NCBI GenBank assembly: GCA_043767845.1
Contig: JAYUFZ010000008.1
Coordinates: 4,242-68,241 of the forward strand
Length of the DNA: 64,000 bases
Origin: a bacterium
GTDB lineage: Bacteria > Patescibacteriota > Saccharimonadia > UBA4664 > JBBRNT01
Direction of reading: 5' to 3'
A program made the translations under genes and the position numbers. Positions within the stretch are counted from its first letter, which is position 1, and every line of letters begins with the position of its first letter. Positions 56,530 to 64,000 of this stretch are shown piece after piece. Below the pieces are notes generated by a model that saw only the letters and a list, made by a program, of their open reading frames with translations, had not been told where the DNA came from and ran no database searches.

Positions 56530-58278
56530 CTAACTACTCGGTGGTATCGCATAGTAACGCAGCAGCCACTGGGTGATGTTGGCAAAAATCGGCACCGTCG
56601 TCGACTCGGCGAAGCCACTGGTTTTTGGCTCATTGACGCGTACCATCATCACAAAACGTGGCTTTTCGACCGGTGCCAGGCCAATGAATGAACCAATGTT
56701 TTTACCCTCCTCATAGCCTTGGCCGTCGGCTCGCGGGATCTGGGCGGTACCGGTTTTGCCGGCAATCTTATAGCCTGGGATCTTAGTGAGATACCCCGAC
56801 CCGTGCTCGACTACTTGGATAAGCATCTGGACCAGGTCACTTGCCGCCTGGCTAGTGATAACCTGCTTATTAACCACTCGTGGTTCGTGGCTCACGGTAG
56901 TGCCATCGGGCTTAATAATTTTGTCGATAATGTATGGCTGGTAGAGTGTGCCGCCGTTGGCAATGGCCGACATGGCCGAGACCATCTGCAACATTGTCAC
57001 CGAAATACCTTGGCCGAAGCTCATATTGGCGTAGTTCACATCGGGTGTCGAAGGGGCGTTAACCGCCCCGCTGGCCTCCCCCGCGACCTCGATGCCAGTC
57101 TTGATACCAAAGCCAAAACGCTTGGTAAGATAATCATAATAGAGTTTCTTGCCCGCCTGCGTGATCCGTGTCGGATCACCACCAAGACTCTTAAGCACAA
57201 AAATAACACCAGTATTGAGTGATTTCTGAATGACATCGGTCATGGTCTGGATCCCAAACTTGTGGCCCTCGGCGTTGCGGATCACCCGGCCGCTGACCTC
57301 TTCCTGGCCGGTATCGTTATAGGTTGTGGCCACCTGGACTTTGCCACTATCGAGGCCGGCGGCCATGGTAAAGGCCTTAAAGCCTGAGCCGGGCTCGAAA
57401 TTGTCGCTGACCACCGAGTTACTAAACTGACTGTAGTCGGTAACCTTGGTATAGTCGTTGGGGTCGTAGGTTGGGTAGTTGGCCATAGCCAGCACTGCCC
57501 CGCTACTGGGGTCCACAATTACCACACTACCGGATTTGGCACCGACCGCCTCGACGCCGCTTTTTAGAAATTTTTCGGCTTGCGACTGGATATTTCTGTC
57601 AATGGTAATCACGTAGCTCGAGCCGTCAACTGGTAGCTTGAGCAAGTTGTCGGCGGTGGCGATAGGTATCCCACGAGTGTCAGTTTTGGCTTTGAGGAGG
57701 CCCGGTTTACCAGTAAGCTCACCATTGAGATAACCCTCAAGGCCGTATTGGCCTTGGCCATCGGCATTGACGAAGCCAGTGATCTGGCTGGCCAGTGAGC
57801 CCTCCGGGTATACGCGGTAGGTTTCATCGACCATTCCAACCCCAGCCAAATTCAGGGCGCTAACCTTGGTAGCGACATCGCTGGTGAGCTTGTTTTCCAG
57901 CGCCACATACTCCCCGCCTTTGCCGAGCAAGTCGTAGTATTTGGTGGCCGAGCCGCCAGTCACCTCGGCCAGTGCTCGGGCGGTCTTCACCTTATCACTT
58001 ATAAAGCTGGGGTCGGCGTAGAGCAGCTTGAGGGTCTGGTTGAGTACCAGCGGCGAGGTGTCATCGTGATCATGCATATAGATCTCCCCACGCTGGGCCG
58101 GCACCTCATACTTACGCTGGTGAATATTAGCCCCCAGTGCCTGATAGCGATCGTGCTCGAGTATTTGGATTTGAAATAGCCGGATCGTAAAAATTAGGCC
58201 AACGCCAAGCAGACTGGCCATCAGCCAGCCCAACCGAGCTTTCGGTGTAAGTTGATCGCTATAGGTAGTGGTACTCAA
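56530..58278 (-). CDS. ftsI: Class B penicillin-binding protein (FtsI/PBP2-type transpeptidase)
   Basis: SGFK (SxxK), SxN and KTGTA motifs. N-terminal TM. The start is apparently a TTG. Confidence 0.8.
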   Translation of the reverse strand: MSTTTYSDQLTPKARLGWLMASLLGVGLIFTIRLFQIQILEHDRYQALGANIHQRKYEVPAQRGEIYMHDHDDTSPLVLNQTLKLLYADPSFISDKVKTARALAEVTGGSATKYYDLLGKGGEYVALENKLTSDVATKVSALNLAGVGMVDETYRVYPEGSLASQITGFVNADGQGQYGLEGYLNGELTGKPGLLKAKTDTRGIPIATADNLLKLPVDGSSYVITIDRNIQSQAEKFLKSGVEAVGAKSGSVVIVDPSSGAVLAMANYPTYDPNDYTKVTDYSQFSNSVVSDNFEPGSGFKAFTMAAGLDSGKVQVATTYNDTGQEEVSGRVIRNAEGHKFGIQTMTDVIQKSLNTGVIFVLKSLGGDPTRITQAGKKLYYDYLTKRFGFGIKTGIEVAGEASGAVNAPSTPDVNYANMSFGQGISVTMLQMVSAMSAIANGGTLYQPYIIDKIIKPDGTTVSHEPRVVNKQVITSQAASDLVQMLIQVVEHGSGYLTKIPGYKIAGKTGTAQIPRADGQGYEEGKNIGSFIGLAPVEKPRFVMMVRVNEPKTSGFAESTTVPIFANITQWLLRYYAIPPSS

Positions 58279-58369
58279 AACATATCCAGTTTAACATTCT
58301 TTCTATCCGAGGTGCCCGAAGAAGCTCTCTATCTGAGCAACCAGCTGCAGAGATCAATGATTGCGCCGG

Positions 58370-58687
58370 CTACTTGGCGTAGCTCACTGGCCCTTCGATA
58401 ACCATACTGGCCACTACCGGCGAGGCTTGAACCTGCTGGATCGACTGCAAACGAGCGGCTTCCACTTCCAACTCTTGCTTCATATTCACTGCCTTATCGC
58501 GCTGCCTCGATAATTCGGTTGATTTATAGCCATAAATACTCGTCTTGGTGATCTGGTTTAGGTACAGTAGCGCAAGTACGCTGATGGCGAGCATAGTTAA
58601 GATACTGGCTGACACTGGACCTAACTGGACCTTGGTTTTTTCTCGATATAGATTTTGATTGCGTCGTATGGCTATGGCTGTTGACAT
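58370..58687 (-). CDS. ftsL: FtsL-like small bitopic division protein
   Basis: 105 aa: a cytoplasmic tail, one TM (ILTMLAISVLALLYL), and a coiled-coil periplasmic segment. AGGAGG SD. Position between rsmH and ftsI. Confidence 0.55.
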   Translation of the reverse strand: MSTAIAIRRNQNLYREKTKVQLGPVSASILTMLAISVLALLYLNQITKTSIYGYKSTELSRQRDKAVNMKQELEVEAARLQSIQQVQASPVVASMVIEGPVSYAK

Positions 58688-58803
58688 AAGCCCTCCTGAA
58701 ATTTTTTTGTATTTTTGTTTTTGTTTTACGAGTCGGCACGGTTTAGGTGGTGCAGCACGCTCATCTCGGGAACCGAAAGTTCCGCGCGCTGCACCAGGCT
58801 AAA

Positions 58804-58869
58804 CTATTTCTTGACGTTGACTTTGATTCGTCTCGCGCCGCGTGATAGATTCTTGACTACTACAGTCAT
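58804..58869 (-). CDS. 21-codon micro-ORF (MTVVVKNLSRGARRIKVNVKK) translationally coupled to the rsmH stop
   Basis: AAGGAG SD (formed by the last two rsmH codons), then 5 nt, then ATG. It is too short for the ORF track and its coding status is unproven. Confidence 0.25.
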   Translation of the reverse strand: MTVVVKNLSRGARRIKVNVKK

Positions 58870-58871
58870 CG

Positions 58872-59804
58872 CTACTCCTTTGTTTTTGGTTTTAGTTTTA
58901 CGACGGCCCTGAGCGTTGCACTCCGAGCGCGCGGGTTAAAAACATCATTATCTTTGCCCAAGATCGGTTTTTTGGTAATCCTAGCCAGTGTTGCCAGGTG
59001 GTCGCAGGTGCAAACCGGTTGTTTGGGCGGGCAAATACAGTCCTTACTTTCTCGTTCAATAAATTGCTTCACGATCCGGTCTTCAAGTGAATGGAAGCTG
59101 ATAACTGCTAGTCGCCCGTCAGTGTCGAGTAACTCGACAAGCAGGGGGAGAACTTTGGCTAATACTTCCAACTCACGGTTAACCGCTATGCGGATACCCT
59201 GAAAACTGCGTGTGGCGGGGTCGATGTCCCCGCTACGGCCCACTACGCCCCGGATCGTCGCGGCCAGCGCGGCGGTGGAGGCGAAGGGTCGTCCGGCTAC
59301 TATCGCCCTGGCAACTGCCCTTGATTTGCGCTCTTCCCCGTATTCATAGATTACCTGGGCAAGCTGGGTCTCGGGCCAATTATTGACTACTTCGTCGGCA
59401 CTCAGTTCACTCCGCGTGTTCATACGCATGTCGAGCGGACCATCGTGCTTAAACGAAAAGCCTCGAACTGGGTTGTCAATTTGTGGTGAAGATACACCGA
59501 GATCGAGTAAGATCAGGTCAAATTGCGCGCCTTCATCGACTAACCCCTGCGCCGCTTCCAAGAAATTTGCTTGGATAAGTCGGGCCTTAGGGAAAAGCTT
59601 AGAAAGGCTTGCGATTGCCTCTGGATCTTGATCGATCAATACTGTTTCGGCCTCCGCCTGAGTTCTTGCTAAGATCTCAAGTGCGTGTCCACCGAAGCCG
59701 GCTGTTCCGTCGAGATAGCGCTGTCCTATTTTTGGATCTAATACGTCTATAACCTCTTGGAGCAGAACCGGGATATGTTTGTGGTGATTGTTTTTGTTTT
59801 TCAT
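58872..59804 (-). CDS. rsmH: 16S rRNA (cytosine1402-N4)-methyltransferase
   Basis: HIPVLLQEVIDVL…DGTAGFGGHA is the MraW signature. Confidence 0.9.
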   Translation of the reverse strand: MKNKNNHHKHIPVLLQEVIDVLDPKIGQRYLDGTAGFGGHALEILARTQAEAETVLIDQDPEAIASLSKLFPKARLIQANFLEAAQGLVDEGAQFDLILLDLGVSSPQIDNPVRGFSFKHDGPLDMRMNTRSELSADEVVNNWPETQLAQVIYEYGEERKSRAVARAIVAGRPFASTAALAATIRGVVGRSGDIDPATRSFQGIRIAVNRELEVLAKVLPLLVELLDTDGRLAVISFHSLEDRIVKQFIERESKDCICPPKQPVCTCDHLATLARITKKPILGKDNDVFNPRARSATLRAVVKLKPKTKE

Positions 59805-60126
59805 TTCAAGGTCACCTATTTAGCAGCCAGCTTTTTGTTTGATAATTTTTGTTTTTTGTTTTACCGGCACTTCTGACGTGTGATCAGAAGTGAAAGTGGA
59901 GTTTGTGGCAAGGAATTAGGTTATAATTCCTTGTTTGGGTCCCACGCTTAAGGCGGGACGAACGTTTTTGTGAGGTGGAGTTTTTGTGACTAAGGTACAA
60001 GGGCTGGTTAAAGCGTGCCCCGCTGGTACCGCTGTGCTGACTGCCAAATAGCTGCTTTGAAATGGTTGATTACAAGTTTTCAATGTACCAAAAATTTACG
60101 ATTGGACTGCGCGCCTACCAGTAGAG

Positions 60127-60486
60127 TTACTCTTTGGCGCTGAGGCGCCAGTATTCTCCTGCTCGGACGGCTACAATGTCTTTTTCGATACCGGCGTAAC
60201 TCAACAAGTGCTGCTCAAGGGTGATGCGGCCTTGTTTGGAGTCCATGTTCGCTATAGTCTTACCCGTACGGAAACGTACGTTTAAGTCAGCGATTCGCTC
60301 ATCGAGGATGTCTCCTTTGAGCGCGCTTTCCATGCGCTCATTCCAGACCCCTTCGGTGTAGCAGTGAAGGTACTTGCCAAACCCTCTAGTGATGATGACG
60401 CTACCCGCTTGGAATTCATGACGCAGTTCGGCTGGGATGGTTAGCCGGTTTTTGTCGTCTAGTTTTCTTTCGAAGTAGTCGGTCAT
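60127..60486 (-). CDS. mraZ: Transcriptional regulator MraZ (short, 119 aa)
   Basis: KLDDKNRLTIPAELR plus a second SpoVT/AbrB-like half (DSKQGRITLEQHL). Confidence 0.75.
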   Translation of the reverse strand: MTDYFERKLDDKNRLTIPAELRHEFQAGSVIITRGFGKYLHCYTEGVWNERMESALKGDILDERIADLNVRFRTGKTIANMDSKQGRITLEQHLLSYAGIEKDIVAVRAGEYWRLSAKE

Positions 60487-60901
60487 TTTTTGCTGCAGTC
60501 AGATTTTTGTGACTGCATCCTTAGACTTTTATGGTTTGTGTTTTGCCCTCTCACTGAACTCAGTATACTACCCACTTCTACCCACACGCAATAGTATTTT
60601 TGTAGAATTAACCCACATTCTCAAAAATACAAATAACGGCTTTCTCAAGCCGTTATTTGATACCCTATTGTCGACTAACCGGCTGGGCGAATGGCCCGCT
60701 TAGGAGCGATCAACTCCACAGCCTACCGATTATCCACAGTGTACTAGCGAGGACCCGAAACGAAAAACAACCTTTGTACACTTTCATCATACCGAACGTA
60801 TACCAAACATGCAAGCCTAATATTATTGACAAATCAAAGCACTTATGCTAATATGTTCCATTCCCTGAGAAACACTCAGGGTCGTTCCCGAAGGACATCC
60901 T

Positions 60902-61213
60902 ATGAAGACCGCAGCCCCGACCATGCGCTTCACCAACTCGTCTGCTCTGCTGAGCTACGCCGACACCGACCTCATCGGCTTCGACTTCGATGCTACTACC
61001 CTGACCCTCTCCGTCCACGACGGAATCGACCCTGACCTGTTGGCCGACGAGCAGTACCTGGCCTGTGGACCACGAATCTTCGACCCCTTCTCCGCACCGC
61101 CGGCCAGCACGACACGCCCACGGACGACTCGTCTGCTCGCCGCACCGCTCAACCCCGACCTCTGCCTCAAGGCCCGCTACTTCGGCCGCAACCCAGCGGG
61201 CTACGCGGCCTAG
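60902..61213 (+). CDS. Hypothetical protein (103 aa), GC-rich
   Basis: AAGGA SD. Followed by a strong terminator at 61305..61351. The antisense ORF 60848..61321 was judged spurious. Confidence 0.4.
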   Translation: MKTAAPTMRFTNSSALLSYADTDLIGFDFDATTLTLSVHDGIDPDLLADEQYLACGPRIFDPFSAPPASTTRPRTTRLLAAPLNPDLCLKARYFGRNPAGYAA

Positions 61214-61304
61214 CCGCGCGCTTACTAAGCACCCAGTACCAAGCTGTACCTTCGACGAACTTTCCACAGCACCTGCCACGCACATTGTCCAACAAGCACT
61301 TTGG

Positions 61305-61351
61305 CCCCGGCCTCTCTCCATTACAGGAAAGAGCCGGGGTTAGTTTTTTTA
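61305..61351 (+). terminator. Intrinsic terminator
   Basis: CCCCGGCCTCTCTCC-attacag-GGAAAGAGCCGGGG followed by TTAGTTTTTTT. Confidence 0.6.
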
Positions 61352-61373
61352 CTCACCAACTCTCGGTACAAAT

Positions 61374-61402
61374 ATTGACATTGGTGCTTTTTGGTGCTAT
61401 TA
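61374..61402 (+). promoter_or_regulatory. Sigma70-type promoter
   Basis: TTGACA, 17 nt, TATTAT(AAT). Confidence 0.5.
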
Positions 61403-61445
61403 TAATCCGGTTCTTGTCCTTTGACCTCAACGCCTAGGAGTTGCA

Positions 61446-61982
61446 GTGCCACATCTCCCCCGCTACATGCCGAGTCCCGAAATAGCGCTCATGGCCGCGG
61501 CTGTCGTCGTTGCCCTGGTTGGTACCATCTACCGCACTGTCTCCATCAAGGGGGCGACCTATCGACGGCAAATATCGGCTGTATTCGTTGCTGTCCCAAT
61601 CGGCTTGATGCTGGCCTTGGCCGTCACGGCCCAGCTGGGTAGCGTCGGACTTACTACAAATAGTGTAGCTCCGCAGACCGCGAGCAAAAGTACTGTAGTA
61701 CTCAAAGCCACGCACATCGATTCCCAGATCTATGGGATGAATATCCCGTTGTACGCGCTGCAGGGTATCGAAACCAGCACTCCGCCCAACCCTGTCGACA
61801 CCTGCCGCTTGGCAATCCTCGACAGCGTCCTCCCAGAGGAAAGCATTTTCAGGATCACAGAGGCCCAGGCTAAGACGATCTGCGGCCCGAAGATCTGGAG
61901 CGACTTGCAGCCTTGCTACGCCCCAGGCCCGATCTTCGACGCCGCCATCACCGGCGACACTACCCGACCCGACTGTGCCTAG
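61446..61982 (+). CDS. Hypothetical membrane protein (2 TM plus Cys-containing extracytoplasmic domain)
   Basis: GTG start with AGGAG SD. Hydrophobic helices AAAVVVALVGTIY and VFVAVPIGLMLALAV. Confidence 0.45.
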   Translation: MPHLPRYMPSPEIALMAAAVVVALVGTIYRTVSIKGATYRRQISAVFVAVPIGLMLALAVTAQLGSVGLTTNSVAPQTASKSTVVLKATHIDSQIYGMNIPLYALQGIETSTPPNPVDTCRLAILDSVLPEESIFRITEAQAKTICGPKIWSDLQPCYAPGPIFDAAITGDTTRPDCA

Positions 61983-62370
61983 GAGAATTGTGGATATATT
62001 CCAACGCATTGGTAACGAACCGCTGATCGTCATTGCGATCATCTGTTTGCTCGCAGTCCTCAGCTACTTGAAGATCGCAGCAAACGGCCCGATCACCAAA
62101 TGGCTCGATGGCTACTTCCTCGGCCTCTTCCTCCTACCTGTGATGATAGCTACCGTGTCGCTAACCGGGGTCATGGTCAACGTGACACATCGCATCGACC
62201 AGCAGCGTCTCGACCAGGTCAATCAAGACCGCATCGACAAAGCGCTGATTGCCGATTACATCAAACTGGCCGACACTATCAAGACTGGCGCCGAGCCTGC
62301 CAACACCCGCCCACTCCGGCCAATGACCGACTCGCCGGCCTACAAAAAGGCCGCAGGGATCCAACCCTGA
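61975..62370 (+). CDS. Hypothetical small membrane protein (2 TM)
   Basis: Overlaps the upstream gene by 8 nt. Helices LIVIAIICLLAVL and FLGLFLLPVMIATVSL. Confidence 0.45.
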   Translation: MPRRIVDIFQRIGNEPLIVIAIICLLAVLSYLKIAANGPITKWLDGYFLGLFLLPVMIATVSLTGVMVNVTHRIDQQRLDQVNQDRIDKALIADYIKLADTIKTGAEPANTRPLRPMTDSPAYKKAAGIQP

Positions 62371-62388
62371 CCCCCGAAGCGCTCAACT

Positions 62389-62416
62389 GAGACCCCTTCG
62401 GGGGTCTCTTCATTTC
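62389..62416 (+). terminator. Intrinsic terminator
   Basis: GAGACCCC-ttcg-GGGGTCTC followed by TTCATTT. Confidence 0.65.
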
Positions 62417-62459
62417 TACATATGAGTCGGCACAAGCTATACTCCATAGAGGAGGTTCC

Positions 62460-62981
62460 ATGCATCTAATTACCACTTTCGATCAAAAAATTATCAAATT
62501 CGTCCAATCTTTTCAGCTCATATGGTTTGGCAAACTAATGGCGGCATCGACTTTTGCCGGTAACGGCCCAACCTTAGCCGTGCTTGGGTTGGGAGTCGGC
62601 AGTTATTCGTATTTCACCGGCAATACCGCAGCACCTAAACAGTTTGCCGCGGTACTAGCACTGATACTCGGCTACAACGCCATCAAAATATTCTTTCGTC
62701 GTAAACGTCCGGAAAATGCCTATTCGGCGCTCATTAAGTCATCAAGCTTTCCGAGCGGCCATAGCGCAGGCTCGGCTACGGCTTATGGATACATGGCCTA
62801 CATACTAGCGAACCGATCTTCCGCAGGATTAGGCCTCCTGCTGCTGGCAATTGGTGCGCTTATCTCCTTGCTGATTGGCATTTCCAGGGTATATTTAGGA
62901 GCCCACTACCCTAGCGATGTCGTAGCCGGCTGGCTACTGGGACTTACAGGCCTTTTGGCTGTTATCCGTTTTTTGGGCTAG
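62460..62981 (+). CDS. PAP2-family membrane phosphatase (undecaprenyl-diphosphatase/PgpB-like)
   Basis: KxxFRRKRP…PSGH…SRVYLGAHYPSDV are PAP2 motifs 1–3. Confidence 0.7.
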   Translation: MHLITTFDQKIIKFVQSFQLIWFGKLMAASTFAGNGPTLAVLGLGVGSYSYFTGNTAAPKQFAAVLALILGYNAIKIFFRRKRPENAYSALIKSSSFPSGHSAGSATAYGYMAYILANRSSAGLGLLLLAIGALISLLIGISRVYLGAHYPSDVVAGWLLGLTGLLAVIRFLG

Positions 62982-63506
62982 CTACGGCTTGGTAGTTGAT
63001 AGGTCGGCACTTTTTACGTAAGCATCATTCACTAATACGTATTCTGGCATATAGCCACCGGGCTGGCAGTAGGAGCTCAGTTGTTGGCCGTAGGCGAAAG
63101 TAATGACTGGCGTCCATTGGTTTGGAGCTTTGTAGGAACCTGCCGTGCCATTCTTATTCGATACCCAGACAGTGACATTGGCCTGCCCAGTACAGTCTGC
63201 GGCCTTGTAGGGTGTAACATTTGGCTTCGGGGTTGGGACGGGGGTGGGCGCCTTAGTAGGGACCGGCGTAGGCGTCGCGGTGGCTACTGGAGTGGCGGTT
63301 GGCGTGACATTTGGCGCCGGGGTAGGCGTCTTTTTCTTGGGCGTAGCTGTATTCGCGCTTTGCTCTATGGCCAACGCTTTCTTGTTATCGCTGGCTTGCT
63401 TGGAGCGGACCGCGGCGTAAGCACCGACGCTCAGGACAAGGCCGACGAGCATTATGACTAATATGAGCGCAAAGCCGGACTGATTGTTATTAGTTGTGCG
63501 AGCCAT
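62982..63506 (-). CDS. Pilin-like or pseudopilin-like secreted protein with Pro/Thr-rich linker and Cys-containing C-terminal domain
   Basis: The N-terminus MARTTNNNQSG|FALILVIMLVGLV resembles a class III (prepilin) leader but lacks Glu at +5. A TPTPAP linker follows. Confidence 0.35.
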   Translation of the reverse strand: MARTTNNNQSGFALILVIMLVGLVLSVGAYAAVRSKQASDNKKALAIEQSANTATPKKKTPTPAPNVTPTATPVATATPTPVPTKAPTPVPTPKPNVTPYKAADCTGQANVTVWVSNKNGTAGSYKAPNQWTPVITFAYGQQLSSYCQPGGYMPEYVLVNDAYVKSADLSTTKP

Positions 63507-63689
63507 AATTTTCTTCTTTAATTCTTATGGTTGTATTGTGCGCCTCCTGCCATATTTGTCAAGATTGCTCCGGCCAATACCGAAAGTATACAAAATTCTT
63601 CCTTATTTCGATAATGCGGCGTATGCTGGTGAGGGAATTTTGGCTTCGCTATAGCAGTATTGGCCCGTCGACCGAGACGAGGAACATGT

Positions 63690-64000
63690 ATGACAATGGA
63701 TAAGCTAGTAGCCTACGACCATAAGGTTATCGCCCGTATCGAATGCCGGGATCACGCGGCTTGGCTCAACAAGCTCATGAGACTTTCGACCAGAGCCGGC
63801 AGCACCTTCACACTCGGCCCGCTGTGCACCGGTCTATGGCTGCTGTTTACCTTGGTGCATAATGTCGCACTCGCCCGAGCTTATGCAGTGGTGATAGTAG
63901 TAATGATTTGCTACAACGCCTTCAAGACCTGCTTCCGGCGCCAACGTCCACAGAACGCCTACTCGGCCGGCATGAAGTCATCTAGCTTTCCTAGCGGACA
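63690..64000 (+). CDS. PAP2-family phosphatase paralogue (5' partial, runs off the window end)
   Basis: KTCFRRQRPQNAYSAGMKSSSFPSG parallels KIFFRRKRPENAYSALIKSSSFPSGH in the 62460 gene. Confidence 0.55.
   Translation, partial: MTMDKLVAYDHKVIARIECRDHAAWLNKLMRLSTRAGSTFTLGPLCTGLWLLFTLVHNVALARAYAVVIVVMICYNAFKTCFRRQRPQNAYSAGMKSSSFPSG

Noticed and set aside
60848-61321. 157-aa minus-strand ORF rich in Gly, Arg and Val
   Set aside because: It is antisense to the + strand 60902..61213 gene, which has an SD, promoter and terminator. It shows typical GC-rich antisense composition.
1-64000. CRISPR arrays, prophage, IS elements or integron
   Set aside because: I saw no regularly spaced direct repeats. 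No integrase, transposase, recombinase, terminase or capsid-like ORFs appear. The only repeated DNA elements are the two terminator-like copies, the A/C-rich leader motif and the tandem-repeat coding region of the first gene.

Overview
This 64-kb window reads as a compact, gene-dense bacterial chromosome segment with no rRNA, CRISPR array, integrase or transposase. The gene content (sortase, PEGA protein, DprA, pilin-like protein, many Pro/Thr-linker surface proteins, small overlapping genes) is consistent with a Patescibacteria/CPR (Saccharibacteria-like) or other small-genome monoderm bacterium; that is inference only.

Features, in order along the window:
- A 1707-aa secreted protein built from at least 11 tandem Cys-containing beta-propeller-like repeats.
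- queA and a divergent SNase-like nuclease.
- tRNA-Leu(CAA) on the minus strand, next to a GC-rich PPDK_N-like gene.
- A sortase and a convergent PEGA protein.
- An mreB / O-antigen-ligase-like / GT4 / TagA operon.
- gltX, then DUF3048, RlpA-like and FKBP genes.
- A signalling block: three sensor histidine kinases, two receiver-only response regulators and an NMT1-type binding protein.
- tRNA-Glu(CUC) followed by a roughly 3.3-kb GC-rich islet carrying three monocistronic minus-strand genes (listed below).
- scpA, scpB, rluB, dacA-like, der and pth.
- A 474-nt structured AT-rich intergenic region.
- dprA, topA and a class A PBP.
- An HTH (sigma region 4) protein translationally coupled to a 991-aa membrane-anchored FtsK/HerA/VirD4-like ATPase.
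- A 660-bp convergent intergenic region containing a 17-bp perfect palindrome.
- A condensed division/cell-wall operon on the minus strand: mraZ, rsmH, a 21-codon micro-ORF, ftsL, ftsI, mraY, ftsW, murG, ftsQ, with no mur ligases.
- A GC-rich three-gene cassette.
- Two PAP2 paralogues flanking a pilin-like gene.

The islet's three genes are a zinc-ribbon/TM protein, a fusion of a nucleoside-2-deoxyribosyltransferase-like domain with a Nudix hydrolase, and a 3-TM miniprotein. The first two genes are each followed by a copy of the same roughly 50-nt terminator-like element.

The best candidates for undescribed systems are the tRNA-Glu islet, especially the NDT-like–Nudix fusion, and the HTH plus membrane ATPase pair. 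Coordinates are read from the printed numbering and may be off by 1–2 nt; ORF-track starts using TTG/GTG were moved to the nearest plausible ATG where noted.
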